Assembly: GCA_963805945.1 (NCBI GenBank)
Contig: CAWDVP010000004.1
Span: 32,001-96,000, forward strand
Source: Vulcanimicrobiota bacterium
Lineage (GTDB): Bacteria > Vulcanimicrobiota > Vulcanimicrobiia > Eremiobacterales > Eremiobacteraceae
DNA: 64,000 nucleotides
Direction of reading: 5' to 3'
The number at the start of each line of letters is the position of its first letter. Within the stretch, counting starts at the first letter, position 1. This document shows positions 45,794 to 56,123 of this stretch, in pieces. The notes below the pieces were generated by a model. That model saw nothing but the letters and a program-made list of their open reading frames with translations. It did not search any database and had not been told where the DNA came from. The position numbers and the translations under genes were made by a program.

Positions 45794-47242
45794 CTATTCG
45801 CCGGGGACGGCTGCGAACTCGGGCTGTCCGGCGAACGTGTTGAGCGCCTCGACCGACACGAAATCAAAACCCGCTTTCTCCAGCCGGGCGAGCAGCGCGA
45901 CGACCTGCGCATGCGTGACGGTGCCGGAGCCGGCGGCGAAACGGCAGCGCCATTGATCGGTGCACAGCGTTTCGGGCAAGCCGTTGGGCCAGACGCGCGC
46001 GCCGCGATTGAGGATCGCCTGTAGCATCAAGCCGTCGCCCGAGATCGGCGCGAGCGCCGCGGCGAGCTGGTCGGGCGTGCCCTTGTTCCAATCGAGGAAG
46101 ATATCCACGCCGACCAACGCCTTCGGGCGCGGATCGGTGCCCATGGTCGCGAACTTGCGCGATTGCTCGGGCGCGACGTCTTTGTACGACGCGGCCTTGA
46201 GATGCTGCGGTTTCTCGCCGAGGCGCGCGACGACGGCCTGCGCGAATTCTTTCGTGCCGACCTTCTGCTTGCTCGTGCCCTCGCGGAAGATGTCGTAGGT
46301 GTGGACGCCGTCTTCGATCGTGCGCAGCCACGCGTTGTGGACGCGCGAGGCGATATCGGTCTGGCCGATGTGCACGAGCATCATCACCGCGCCGAGCATG
46401 AGCCCCGAAGGGTTGGCCACGTTCTGGTTCGCGCGTCGCGGCGCGGAGCCGTGGATCGCCTCGAACATCGAGCAGACCTCGCCGATGTTGGCCGAGCCCG
46501 CGAGGCCGACCGAGCCGGTGATCTGCGCCGCCACGTCTGACAAGATATCGCCGTAGAGATTCGGCAGGACGAGCACATCGAACGCCTCGGGGGTGTCGGC
46601 GAGCTTGGCGGCGCCGATGTCGACGATCCAGTGCTCGTGCTCGATCTCGGGATATTCCTTGGCCACCTCTTCGAAGATCTTATGGAAGAGCCCGTCGGTG
46701 AGCTTGAGGATGTTGTCCTTGGTGAAGCAAGTGACTTTCTTGCGGTCGTTGCGGCGCGCGTATTCGAACGCGTAGCGATTGATGCGCTCGCTGCCCGGCC
46801 GCGAGATCAGCTTGAGCGCCTTGTTCACCTGGTGCGTCTGCTGGTACTCGATGCCGCCGTAGACGTCTTCCTCGTTCTCGCGCACGATGACGACGTCCAT
46901 CACCGGATGCTTCGTCTTGACGTACGGATAGTAGGAGACGCACGGCCGGACATTGGCGTACAGGCCGAGCGCGGTGCGCGTCGTCACGTTGAGGCTCTTG
47001 TAGCCGCCGCCTTGCGGCGTGGTGATCGGCGCCTTGAGGAACACTTTGGTGCGGCGCAGCGACTCCCACGCGCTCGGCGCGATGCCGGCCGGATTGCCGG
47101 CGAGGTAGACCTTCTCGCCGATGTCGATGACCTCGAGGTCGAGGCGCGCGCCCGCCGCCTTCAAGACCTCGAGCGTGGCGTTCATGATCTCGGGACCGAT
47201 GCCGTCGCCATAGGCGACGGTGATAGGGACGTTGCCGCTCAT
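45794..47242 (-). CDS. icd: NADP-dependent isocitrate dehydrogenase (long, Thermus/Xanthomonas-like type)
   Basis: GDGIGPEI, KAPITTPQGGGYKSLNV, RENEED, NLYGDILSD, FEAIHGSAP. Confidence 0.93.
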   Translation of the reverse strand: MSGNVPITVAYGDGIGPEIMNATLEVLKAAGARLDLEVIDIGEKVYLAGNPAGIAPSAWESLRRTKVFLKAPITTPQGGGYKSLNVTTRTALGLYANVRPCVSYYPYVKTKHPVMDVVIVRENEEDVYGGIEYQQTHQVNKALKLISRPGSERINRYAFEYARRNDRKKVTCFTKDNILKLTDGLFHKIFEEVAKEYPEIEHEHWIVDIGAAKLADTPEAFDVLVLPNLYGDILSDVAAQITGSVGLAGSANIGEVCSMFEAIHGSAPRRANQNVANPSGLMLGAVMMLVHIGQTDIASRVHNAWLRTIEDGVHTYDIFREGTSKQKVGTKEFAQAVVARLGEKPQHLKAASYKDVAPEQSRKFATMGTDPRPKALVGVDIFLDWNKGTPDQLAAALAPISGDGLMLQAILNRGARVWPNGLPETLCTDQWRCRFAAGSGTVTHAQVVALLARLEKAGFDFVSVEALNTFAGQPEFAAVPGE

Positions 47243-47325
47243 GCACGTGCCATTCATCCGCGTCCATCCGGCACCCTCCGCGCGAAGGGCGCGGTCCCGC
47301 GCGTGCGAAAATGAGGGCACGACAA

Positions 47326-47611
47326 ATGGCACAGACGAACGTCATCGCCGCGAGCTTCGCGCAGATGCGCGAGGCGACCGGCGCCATCGACTGGTTTCGC
47401 AACCAGGGCATCGACGCGACCGCCATCGGCGCGTACGCGGTGCCGCCGGGCGGACACGCGCGTCCGCCGCGGCCCGGCGACAACCAGCGCGACGACCTCA
47501 CCTGGATCGTGTCGCTCGACCTCGCGCGTTCCGCGATCGAGCGCTCGGTCGCGATCGCGACGCATGAAGCGCGAGGGCGGCACGATGCTCGCCCGCCCGC
47601 CGGCGGTCTAA
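47326..47611 (+). CDS. Small hypothetical protein (late frameshift)
   Basis: MAQTNVIAASF...; preceded by promoter motif and GAGG. Confidence 0.45.
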
Positions 47612-47634
47612 GGCCAAGCCGGCACGACGCGGAG

Positions 47635-48256
47635 ATGATCGTCGCCATCGCCCGCGAGCTCGGGGCCGGCGGACGCGCCGTCGGCGCCGCCGTCGCCGAG
47701 ACCCTCGGCATCGAACTGCTCGACAATCAGATCGTCAATCTCGTCGCGGCGCGCATCGGCGCGCCGGAATCCTATGTGGCCGAGCACGAGGAGCACGTCG
47801 AGAGCTTCGTCGATCGCGTGCTGCGCGGCATCACCGCGGCCTATCCGGAATCCGGCTCCGGGCAAGGGCTGCCGGATTGGTCCGAGCCGCGCCTCGTCGG
47901 CGCTCACCGAGACGATCATCAAGGAACGCGCCGCCAGCGAGTCCATCGTGGTGGTCGGACGCGGCGCGCCGATCCTGTTCAAGGACCGGCCGGACGTGCT
48001 GCGCGTCTTCGTGACTGCGCCTGCCGACGTGCGGCTAGCGCGCATCTGCGAGCGCTTGAGCCTGCCGCGCGATGAAGCGCTCAAAGAGCTCAAGAAATCC
48101 GATCTCAATCGGGCGGCGTATTTCAAGGAGCATTACGGCGTCGCGGATTGGCGCGACGCGCACCACTACGATCTCGTCGTCGACACCGGCCGCTTCGGCA
48201 TCCCCGGTTCAGCGCGGTTGGTCGTCGAAGCGACGAAGCTGCTCGGGCCGAACTAA
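47635..48256 (+). CDS. Cytidylate kinase-like family protein (frameshift near 47900)
   Basis: IVAIARELGAGG, VVVGRG, RVFVTAP, D..RAAY, YDLVVDTG. Confidence 0.85.
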
Positions 48257-48270
48257 AGTTCGGCCCCTAC
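48245..48270 (-). repeat. REP family 1 copy overlapping a stop codon
   Basis: GGGCCGAACTAAAGTTCGGCCCCTAC. Confidence 0.85.
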
Positions 48271-48277
48271 AGATGTC

Positions 48278-49588
48278 CTAGGGGCGCGTGGCGCGGATCG
48301 CCGCGAGCGCCGGACCCTGCCCGATCGCGCACGCCACGCCCGCATCCCAGCGCACCTTCTCCTTGACGAAGTCGTTGAAGTCCGACGCGCGCAGGCGGGC
48401 GAGCATCTCTCGTTCTTGCGCCGGCGTCACGAGCGGCTGATCGAAGAGCGCGAGCTCGGCGTAGCGCCGCGCGATCTCCGTGTTCCACTCCTGCGCGAGC
48501 GTGATCTGCGCGTCGAGCGCCTCGCGCCCGCGATCGAATTCCTCGGTCGAAAAACCGTGCCGCGTGTCCTCGAGGATGCGCTGCATCTCGCGCACCGCGA
48601 TGCCGGCCCGGTTCGTGCCGACGGCGGCCATCGCGCTCATGACGCCGATGCTGCCGTAGAAATCCTGCGTCGCGTACACCTCATAGGCGAGACCGAGCCG
48701 CTCGCGCAGCCCATCCCACAGCCTGCTGCCGTCACCGTCGCCGATCATCGTCTGGGCGAGCTGCGTGCGCACGACTTCGTCGTAGCCATCCGGGTAGGAC
48801 GGCGTGGTGGTCGAGATCGAGAACCACACCTGCTGGGTGTTGGAACGGCGCAAGACCTTAGACCGGCGTCCTCGTCGCACCGACGGCTGATAGGACGCGG
48901 TGTGCGGGGCTTTCGGCATGATCGCACCCGCCGCCGCGCGCCAGCCGCCGAAATGGCGTCGTGCCTGATCGAGCATGTCGTCTTCGCTCATGGCGCCCGC
49001 CAAGCTCAGCACCGCGTTGCGCGGATGGAACAGCCGGCGGTGAAATGCGCGGACCTGCGCGCGCGTGATGTCGCGGACCGTGCCGAGCGTGCCCCCGATG
49101 TCGCGGCCGAGCGGGTGCGCACCCCACATCGTCTGGTCGGCGAGCACTTCGATGCGTTTGCTCGGATCGTCTTCCCAATCGCGCAGTTCCTCGAGCACGA
49201 CTTTGCGCTCGGTCTCGACGTCGCGCGCGTCGAAGAGCGGCCGGCGCACGACGCTGCCGAGGACGTCGAGCGCTTCGGCGGTCTTCTCGGTCGGCACCGT
49301 GGCGGACAGCGAGATCAGCTCTTTGTTGGTCGAGGGGTCGAAGCGGTTGCCGCAGCGCTGCATCGCGGCGGCGAGCTCCTGGCGCGTGTAGTCCGCCGTC
49401 GCCTTGAAGATGAGATGTTCGAGGAAATGCGCGAGGCCGTTCGCGTCGCGCGGATCGTAGATCGAACCGGCCCGCAGCGCGAGCGAAACGCTCAGACTGC
49501 CGGAAGCGGGCATCGGCGTAGTGACGACGCGTAGGCCGTTGCGCAGCCGATGACTGGTGGGCTTGGATTTCGTGCGGCGGGGAGACAT
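48278..49588 (-). CDS. M16 (pitrilysin) family zinc peptidase
   Basis: LRNGLRV, GLAHFLEHLIFK, ERKVVLEE, LRERLGLAY. Confidence 0.9.
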   Translation of the reverse strand: MSPRRTKSKPTSHRLRNGLRVVTTPMPASGSLSVSLALRAGSIYDPRDANGLAHFLEHLIFKATADYTRQELAAAMQRCGNRFDPSTNKELISLSATVPTEKTAEALDVLGSVVRRPLFDARDVETERKVVLEELRDWEDDPSKRIEVLADQTMWGAHPLGRDIGGTLGTVRDITRAQVRAFHRRLFHPRNAVLSLAGAMSEDDMLDQARRHFGGWRAAAGAIMPKAPHTASYQPSVRRGRRSKVLRRSNTQQVWFSISTTTPSYPDGYDEVVRTQLAQTMIGDGDGSRLWDGLRERLGLAYEVYATQDFYGSIGVMSAMAAVGTNRAGIAVREMQRILEDTRHGFSTEEFDRGREALDAQITLAQEWNTEIARRYAELALFDQPLVTPAQEREMLARLRASDFNDFVKEKVRWDAGVACAIGQGPALAAIRATRP

Positions 49589-49764
49589 GGCGGTCCGGCT
49601 TTCTTTAGGGGGCGGGGAGGGCGATAGGACTTCTTCGCCACCGGGGGCGCAAACGTCTAGGTCGGTCAGGGACGAGAATATCGGGGTTTGCTTATTTTGT
49701 ATGTCCCTCGGCATGGGATGGACAGAAATAGGCTCCAAAATGAGACTCCGGGACCTGGTTACGT

Positions 49765-49787
49765 CCCGAGCTTCGCTCGGGCACTAC
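49765..49787 (-). repeat. REP family 2 copy
   Basis: Minus strand GTAGTGCCCGAGCGAAGCTCGGG, identical to 15511-15533. Confidence 0.7.
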
Positions 49788-49863
49788 CGACGATGCCTGT
49801 TTGCAAAATCTTGCCAAACGGCGACGAGGTCGCAACCCGACCGTGGCGCAACACGCCTCGTAC

Positions 49864-50743
49864 ATGATCGCACCGCACAACCCTACTGATTCCGATACCT
49901 ACGATCTCGGTTGCGGCCGCATGCGCGAGGTCGGCGCCGGCGCACTCGCGCACATCTTCAGCTACGAGCTCGTACGCGGCGGTCACGAGCGCGTCGACAA
50001 CAAGCCCTTCTTCTATCCTGCGGTGGTGGTGACGACGAGCGGTCGCTGGACGTTCCACGGCCCGGTGACGCTCGAGGTCGAGCCCGGTATCGTCGTGCTC
50101 GGCGATGCCGGCACCGAATTCGCATGCAGCCACGACCGGCTCGATCAACCGGAGACCGACATCATCGTCGGCTTTGATCCCGCCGGGCTCGCGCGCGTGC
50201 TGTCGCAGACCCCTTTCGCGCACTCGACCTTCGCATGGCGGCGCACGGCGGTGCCGCGATCGCGCGCCATCGACGGGCTGAGCCGCGCGTTGCTCGGCGA
50301 AGCGCGACGTCACGCGCCCGGCTTCCAGACGACGATTGACGCCCTCGCATGCCGGCTGCTCGGCGAATTGCTCCGTTTCACGCCCGCGCCGCGGCGTGCC
50401 CAGCCGCGTGCGTCGACCGGCCGCCGCGCGGCTCGGATCGAGAAGCGCGCGCGCATACATGCACGAACATCTCGACCGCGAATGCTCGCTGTTCGAGCTT
50501 GCAGACGTCGCGGGCGTCAGCCCATACTACTTCCATCGCTTGTTCGTCGCGCAGGTCGGTCAGTCTCCCCACCGCTACTTGCGCTCGGCGCGGCTCGAAA
50601 GAGCGAAGACGTTGTTGCGCGCGACCGACATGACGAGCACGCAGATCGGACGCGCGGTGGGATTCGGCAGCCTGCCGCACTTCATCAACACGTTCCGCGC
50701 GCAGGTGGGCCTGACGCCCACGCGCTTCCGCGCGGCTCGATAA
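49864..50743 (+). CDS. AraC family transcriptional regulator (frameshift near 50445)
   Basis: LADVAGVSPYYFHRLF...RLERAKTLL...VGFGSLPHF..TF...GLTPTRFR. Confidence 0.88.
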
Positions 50744-50754
50744 GGAGCGTCACC

Positions 50755-51258
50755 ATGCTCGCATTGCTGCTCTCTATCACCATGGCCGCCGCGGCCTCGT
50801 CGCCTCCCACGACGGCGCCGACGCCCGCACCGTGCGCGGCGCCCCAGTACCATCAATTCGATTTTTGGATCGGCGATTGGACGGTCAAGGAGAACGGCAA
50901 GTTCGCCGGCACCAACGAGATCGACTCGATCCAGCGCGGCTGCGCCATCCAGGAGCACTGGACCGACGCCGACGGACACATCGGCACGAGTTTCAGCATC
51001 TACTATGCGCCGGCCGCTCAGTGGCACCAGACATGGATCGATTCAGGCGGCAGCCTGCTGCGCATGGACGGCGGCATGGTGAACGGCTCGATGGTGATGC
51101 AAGGCACGCGCGTCGGCAAGAAGTACAAACAGGTCATCGACAAGACGACCTGGACGCCGCTGCCCGATGGGCGCGTGCACCAGTTCTGGCAGTATTCGAT
51201 CGACGGCGGCAAGACCTGGCAGACCGCGTTCGACGGCTACTACACGCGGGTGCGATAG
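50755..51258 (+). CDS. Secreted hypothetical protein (DUF1579-like)
   Basis: Signal peptide; QFDFWIGDW, WHQTWID, SIDGGKTW..FDG.Y. Confidence 0.7.
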   Translation: MLALLLSITMAAAASSPPTTAPTPAPCAAPQYHQFDFWIGDWTVKENGKFAGTNEIDSIQRGCAIQEHWTDADGHIGTSFSIYYAPAAQWHQTWIDSGGSLLRMDGGMVNGSMVMQGTRVGKKYKQVIDKTTWTPLPDGRVHQFWQYSIDGGKTWQTAFDGYYTRVR

Positions 51259-51260
51259 GA

Positions 51261-51290
51261 AAAGTCCCGTAACGCAAGTTCCGGGACTTT
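51261..51290. terminator. Bidirectional terminator-like hairpin
   Basis: AAAGTCCCG(T)AAC-GCAA-GTT(C)CGGGACTTT between convergent genes. Confidence 0.65.
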
Positions 51291-51303
51291 GTGGATACCC
51301 GTC

Positions 51304-51885
51304 TTAGCGCGGTGCGCCGAGGTACGGGAACGTCGTCGTATCGTGCTTGCCGCCGTATGGCACGTTGTCGTCAGCCAGACACACCGACTCTTTGCCGTCA
51401 TCGTGGCCCGTGAGCGCAAAGACGGTGCTGCCGAAGATCGCGCCGAGATCCGTCTTGATGACGTCGTCGTGCAATCCGCGGCCGCCGAACGGGCTGCCGG
51501 TCGCGCCGCCCGACTCGACGCCGAGGTACGCAGGCCCGACGCCGGTCTTCGAGAGATCGGAGATCAGCACGTCCGGGATGAGGATGCCGACCACCGCCGC
51601 CGTCGTCTGCGCGTCGCGCCCCGCGACGTTAGTCATGAACGAGTTGACGTCGGCGATGAGCGGATCGCTCGGGTTGAACGGCGAGCTGCGATTGGTGCCG
51701 TCGTGGTTCATATACGGCTGCGTCGCCTCTTTGACCGCCGGCCGCGCGAGCCGTTCGATCTGCACGTAGGTCTGCGTGGTCGGATTCGTGCTCGTCGTGC
51801 TCGAGGAGCACGCGCTGGCCGCCAGCGCTGCGACGACCGCAGCTCCCAAGATGAGCGCTTTGTTGGTCTGCATGATGTCTTTCAT
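51304..51885 (-). CDS. DUF4331-like lipoprotein
   Basis: Lipobox ASAC; YVQIERLARPAV, GGRGLHDDVI, TFPYLG. Confidence 0.75.
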   Translation of the reverse strand: MKDIMQTNKALILGAAVVAALAASACSSSTTSTNPTTQTYVQIERLARPAVKEATQPYMNHDGTNRSSPFNPSDPLIADVNSFMTNVAGRDAQTTAAVVGILIPDVLISDLSKTGVGPAYLGVESGGATGSPFGGRGLHDDVIKTDLGAIFGSTVFALTGHDDGKESVCLADDNVPYGGKHDTTTFPYLGAPR

Positions 51886-51891
51886 CGCCTC

Positions 51892-52688
51892 CTACGATCC
51901 GCTCGTGGTGCTGGTGGTCGCCCACACTTTGATGACGCCGGGCGTCCCTGTCGCCGCCGGCGCCAGCAACGTGCGTGGCATCTCGACGACGATCGACAGC
52001 ACGTTGAAGCCGTTGGTGGACAGGAAGTCCTGCGACGCCGAGTGATCGCAGCCGGTCGTGGTGCCGCTGTTGGGGAAGCCACGGAAGCCGAGGTCCGGGG
52101 TTCGGCGGTGCAGGGTTGGGCTGGTTCTGATAGTTGCGGTCGGGGATGATCATGAAGAAGCGCGCGAGATCGAAGAAGAACGGATCCTCGCGTGGTCCTG
52201 CGAAGACCTGGACGCTCTTGCCGTTCACGGTCAACGTCGCGGGCGTGTTGAAGTTGAACGTGCCTGCCTGCGCGATGAACGTCGAGCTCGTGCCGACGGA
52301 ATTCGGCTTGCCCGGTCCGTACATGGTGAGCGTCTGCCCGGTGCCCGCGCTGTTCGCCTTGAACTGCAGCACGAGGTCCTCTTGCGTATCCGTGCCCTGG
52401 GCGATCTTGAACTGATACATGACCGCCGGATCGAACGCGGCGGTGCTCGACTTGGCCCATCGGGATGAGCGGCAACACGTCCATCACCAGCACGATGTTG
52501 CTGTCTTGCGACGCGGTCGGCGGCGGGAAGGCGAAGACGTCCGTGATGTCGGCGGCTGGCCGGCCGATCATCGTGGGCGAGTCTTGGTGGTCGGAGCCGC
52601 GCACGGGATGCACGGCGTAGAGCACCATCGCGCCGGCGAGGGCCGCAAGCGCGACACCTCCGGCTGCTTGAAGCATCGTACGATTCAT
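51892..52688 (-). CDS. DUF4331 family secreted protein (frameshifted)
   Basis: SDHQDSP...ADITDVFAF, YQFKI, VFAGPREDPFFFDL, NVLSIVVE. Confidence 0.8.
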
Positions 52689-52750
52689 GAAGCATTGCCT
52701 CCGGGAGAAGCGCCGCGCGTGAGACGCGGCTGCCGTGTGTACGATGGTCT

Positions 52751-52810
52751 AACGGTTGGCTGTGCGTTCCGGATGAGCGTTCACCCATCCGGACGACGCG
52801 CACGGACGTT
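52751..52810. promoter_or_regulatory. Divergent pair of ECF-type promoters CATCC-N16-CGTT
   Basis: Plus strand: CATCC 52786-52790, CGTT 52807-52810; minus strand: CATCC 52775-52771, CGTT 52754-52751. Confidence 0.65.
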
Positions 52811-52931
52811 TCCTATAGTGAGATGTTCATGCAGCTGGCCGGCGCTCGCCCTCCCGCGTGGACGAGCCACGCGTTTGGCGGGGTTCGCCACGCCAGGCCT
52901 TGCCTCGCGTTCGCGCGAAACGCGCCCCGAG

Positions 52932-53465
52932 ATGAGCGATGACAGCGCATTGATCGAAGCAGTGCGCCGCGGCGACGCGGACGCGTTCGCGCGTCTGTAC
53001 GATCGGCACGGCGCGATGGTCTTCGGCGTCGCGCGGCGCGTGCTCGGCAATACCGCGCAGGCCGAGGATGTCGCGCAATCCGTCTTCCTTCAGATATGGT
53101 CCAAGCCGCAGGCGTTCCAAGGCGGCAGCTTCGCGGCCTGGGTGGCGACGGTCGCGCGCAACGCATCGATCGACGTGCTGCGCAGCGCCGCGGTCCGCAC
53201 GCGCGAACCGGACATGCCGCTCAACTTGGTGGCGCCGGGCGATCTTGACGAAGAGGTCTTCTCGCGCGTGCGCGCGAGCGCCGTCGGCGACGCGCTCAAG
53301 ACGCTGCCTGCTGACCAGCGCGACGCCATCGAGCGGGCGTACTTCGAAGGCCTTTCCTATCGTGAAGTGGCGGAACGGCTCGGCGAGCCGCTCGGCACGG
53401 TGAAGAGCCGCATCCGCGCTGGCCTGCGCCGGCTCACGGACATCTTGCGCGAGGTGGCGAGCTGA
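52932..53465 (+). CDS. ECF sigma factor (SigK-like)
   Basis: AFARLYDRH, AEDVAQSVFLQIW, AYFEGLSYREVA..LGTVKSRIR. Confidence 0.92.
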   Translation: MSDDSALIEAVRRGDADAFARLYDRHGAMVFGVARRVLGNTAQAEDVAQSVFLQIWSKPQAFQGGSFAAWVATVARNASIDVLRSAAVRTREPDMPLNLVAPGDLDEEVFSRVRASAVGDALKTLPADQRDAIERAYFEGLSYREVAERLGEPLGTVKSRIRAGLRRLTDILREVAS

Positions 53466-54136
53466 TGCCGTACGACGACGAAGCCATGCTCGAACTCGCG
53501 GAGCTCTACGCGCTCGGCGGCTTGGAGGCCGACGAACGGCGCGCCGTCGAGGCGTATGCGGCGAACGCGACCTGCCGCGCGGCGCTGGAGAACGGGATGT
53601 TCGGCGCGTACGCATTGGCCAAGGGCGTCGAAACGCCGCCACCGGCATCGCTGCGCGCGCGCGTCCTCGCGATCGCGGGTCAGGCGACGGCGAGCGCAGT
53701 CGTGCCGATGCGCCGCTCGTTGTGGGCGCAGCCTGTTTGGCTCGCCGCCGCGGCGGCCGTTGTCGTGCTCGTCTTCGCCGGCACCTGGGCGCTGCAGTCG
53801 CGCGTCTTCAATCAGAGCTGGGCCGCGGGTTGCACGCCGCAGACCACGCCCTGCACGCTGTCCGGCCGCGTGATCGCCTGGGGGCCGAGCGAATTGCATC
53901 TCGTCGCTCATGGTCTTGCCGCGCTGCCGGTCGGCAAGGTGTATCAGGCGTGGTACATCCGGCCGGGCGCGCCGCCGACGCCGGCCCCGACCTTCGTGCC
54001 GGACGCGCGCGGTGACGCATCGGTCGCGCTGCCGGTCGGCGCGGAGAAGGGTCTCACCATCGCCGTCACCGTCGAACCGGCGGGCGGCTCGCAAGCGCCG
54101 ACGACGAAACCGTTCTTTGTCGCCTCGATCAACTGA
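53465..54136 (+). CDS. Anti-sigma factor, RskA type
   Basis: YALGGL, PPASLRARVL, one TM segment, YQAW, AVTVEPAGGS.APT. Confidence 0.88.
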   Translation: MPYDDEAMLELAELYALGGLEADERRAVEAYAANATCRAALENGMFGAYALAKGVETPPPASLRARVLAIAGQATASAVVPMRRSLWAQPVWLAAAAAVVVLVFAGTWALQSRVFNQSWAAGCTPQTTPCTLSGRVIAWGPSELHLVAHGLAALPVGKVYQAWYIRPGAPPTPAPTFVPDARGDASVALPVGAEKGLTIAVTVEPAGGSQAPTTKPFFVASIN

Positions 54137-54170
54137 CGCGATCGTCGTCCGGCCGTTTCGCGCGGACGAG

Positions 54171-54596
54171 ATGCCGTCGCTGCTCGAGATGCGGCGTGCG
54201 ATGACGCTCGAACTCGGTGACGAAGACCTCGATGTGGAGTACGACGGCTGGCGCCGGCGCTTCAGCGCGTACGTCGACGAGCTGCGCGCCGACGACGCGG
54301 CGATGTTCTTCGTGGCGGAGCTCGACGGCGCGCTCGTCGGCATGGGCGGCGTCTACAAACTGCGCAACCATCGCAGCGTGATCTACGGCGTGGCCTCGGC
54401 CTACGTGACGAGCGTCTACGTCGCGCCCGAACATCGGCGGCTGGGACTTGCGTCGCGCATCACGCAGGCCGCGGTCGCGTGGGCTCGCGAGCACGGCTGC
54501 GCCGTCGTGCGCCTGCGCGCATCGGCGACGGGCCGACGCGTGTATGAAGCGCTCGGGTTCACGCCGACCGAGGAGATGGAGTTCCGGCTCGAGTGA
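54171..54596 (+). CDS. GNAT family acetyltransferase
   Basis: VYVAPEHRRLGLA, GRRVYEALGF; true start may lie slightly upstream. Confidence 0.85.
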   Translation: MPSLLEMRRAMTLELGDEDLDVEYDGWRRRFSAYVDELRADDAAMFFVAELDGALVGMGGVYKLRNHRSVIYGVASAYVTSVYVAPEHRRLGLASRITQAAVAWAREHGCAVVRLRASATGRRVYEALGFTPTEEMEFRLE

Positions 54597-54625
54597 CGGT
54601 CGAATAAATTCGACCGCTCCAAGGC

Positions 54626-55690
54626 CTAGAGCGTGGCTGTTATATACGCGTCGACGGCGCCGCTGAACGTGGTGGGATCACTTTCCGGCAGGCAACGCGA
54701 CGGATGCGGTTCCCACGATTGGAACAGCACGTAGTCGGGTTTTCCGCCGTATTGCCCTTGATATGTCTCGAAGCGCGCGACGACTTTGGCGGTCCACTGC
54801 GCGTCGGAGACGTCCGTCGGCTCGCCGATGTAGATGATGCCGAATTTCATCCCGCGCTGTCGCGCGCCCGCTTCGAGCGCCTTGACGAGCGAGGGCCACG
54901 CCGGGTTGCTGAAATCGAGATCCGCGAAGTAGAACGGGAACGGCGCGCCGGTGACCGCCTTGTATGTGTCGTGCCACTGCCCGATCGCGGTCACGACGTC
55001 CGGCGTATATGCGCTCGCGATGATCGGTTCGACGTCGCCTACCACGGCGTTCGGGTACACAGTCTTCACCAGTTGCACGTACGCGCCGATGTCGGCGGCC
55101 ACTTGCGACACCGACCATTGGCAGGCGCGCGGATCGGTGACCACGCTTCCGAAGTAGAACGGCTCATCCACCTTGATGAACGGCGCCGGGGCGCCCAACG
55201 CTTTCAATCGATTCAGATAAGCAAGCGTGAAAGTGTTGAGCGATCCGCCAAACGGGATGAATCCCTCGACGCCCGAACCGCATGTGGCCGTTGCCTGAAG
55301 CGCCGGCGCTTCGATCTCTATGCCCATGGCGTGAGCGTTCACAAACGCTATGGTCTGCTGCAGCACCGGGTCGCTGACCGCGGTGATCCATCCCGCATAC
55401 AACCCCAACACCTGTGTGTGCGACGCGACGGTCGCCCAGGGCGCGTTGGGTTGGAACAGGCCGAGGAAATCCGTCGAACCGTCACCGCCAGGCCCGCCGG
55501 GCCAACCCGCCGCCGGTCCCGGTAGAGGATGGAACCAGATGGCGGCGGAGGAGGCGAAGGGAGCCGGCGATGTGTTCGACGACGGGCTTGGCGTTGAGCT
55601 CGTGCTTTGACAGCCGGCCATGCTCAGGAGCATCAGCGCAGCGCATGCTGATAGAAGGCGCGACGTGCGCCTGAAGCCGTGGACCGCCAT
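54626..55690 (-). CDS. Hypothetical lipoprotein
   Basis: Lipobox MAGC, Ser/Pro linker, alpha/beta domain with VDEP and GDVEP acidic motifs. Confidence 0.65.
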   Translation of the reverse strand: MAVHGFRRTSRLLSACAALMLLSMAGCQSTSSTPSPSSNTSPAPFASSAAIWFHPLPGPAAGWPGGPGGDGSTDFLGLFQPNAPWATVASHTQVLGLYAGWITAVSDPVLQQTIAFVNAHAMGIEIEAPALQATATCGSGVEGFIPFGGSLNTFTLAYLNRLKALGAPAPFIKVDEPFYFGSVVTDPRACQWSVSQVAADIGAYVQLVKTVYPNAVVGDVEPIIASAYTPDVVTAIGQWHDTYKAVTGAPFPFYFADLDFSNPAWPSLVKALEAGARQRGMKFGIIYIGEPTDVSDAQWTAKVVARFETYQGQYGGKPDYVLFQSWEPHPSRCLPESDPTTFSGAVDAYITATL

Positions 55691-55691
55691 G

Positions 55692-56123
55692 TCATTTGCC
55701 TCCGGCCGCTTCGAGTTGCCGCGCTTTGATTTGTTGATCGAGCGTCAACTCGTTCTTGACCAGGATCATCAAGCCGAGCTGGATGTGCTTGGCCTCGCGC
55801 TCGAGGTCGAGCAGCGCGTCGAGCTGCGCGAGCGCCTTCGCCTGATCGACGTGGTTCTGCTTGAGCAAGTCGGCGAGTTTCGCGGTCGCAGCGGCGAGCT
55901 GCGGCTGCAGCTTGGCGAAGCGGTCTTGCCCGCTTTGCACGTCGGCTTGGATCGCCCGCGCCTGGACCTCGCTGATGCCCAACTCCTGCTGATGGCTCAT
56001 CACCAGATCGGGCGGGAGCAGCGCGCCGCCGATCGGATCGGCGTTGGGCGGTTGGTCCGCAAAGGCCGCGCCCGCGGCCAGCAGCCATGCGGCGGCGGCG
56101 ATGACGAAGGTCTTACGAAGCAT
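55692..56123 (-). CDS. Spy/CpxP-like periplasmic protein
   Basis: Signal peptide; ELGISEVQ...LTLDQQ (LTxxQ-like). Confidence 0.7.
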   Translation of the reverse strand: MLRKTFVIAAAAWLLAAGAAFADQPPNADPIGGALLPPDLVMSHQQELGISEVQARAIQADVQSGQDRFAKLQPQLAAATAKLADLLKQNHVDQAKALAQLDALLDLEREAKHIQLGLMILVKNELTLDQQIKARQLEAAGGK

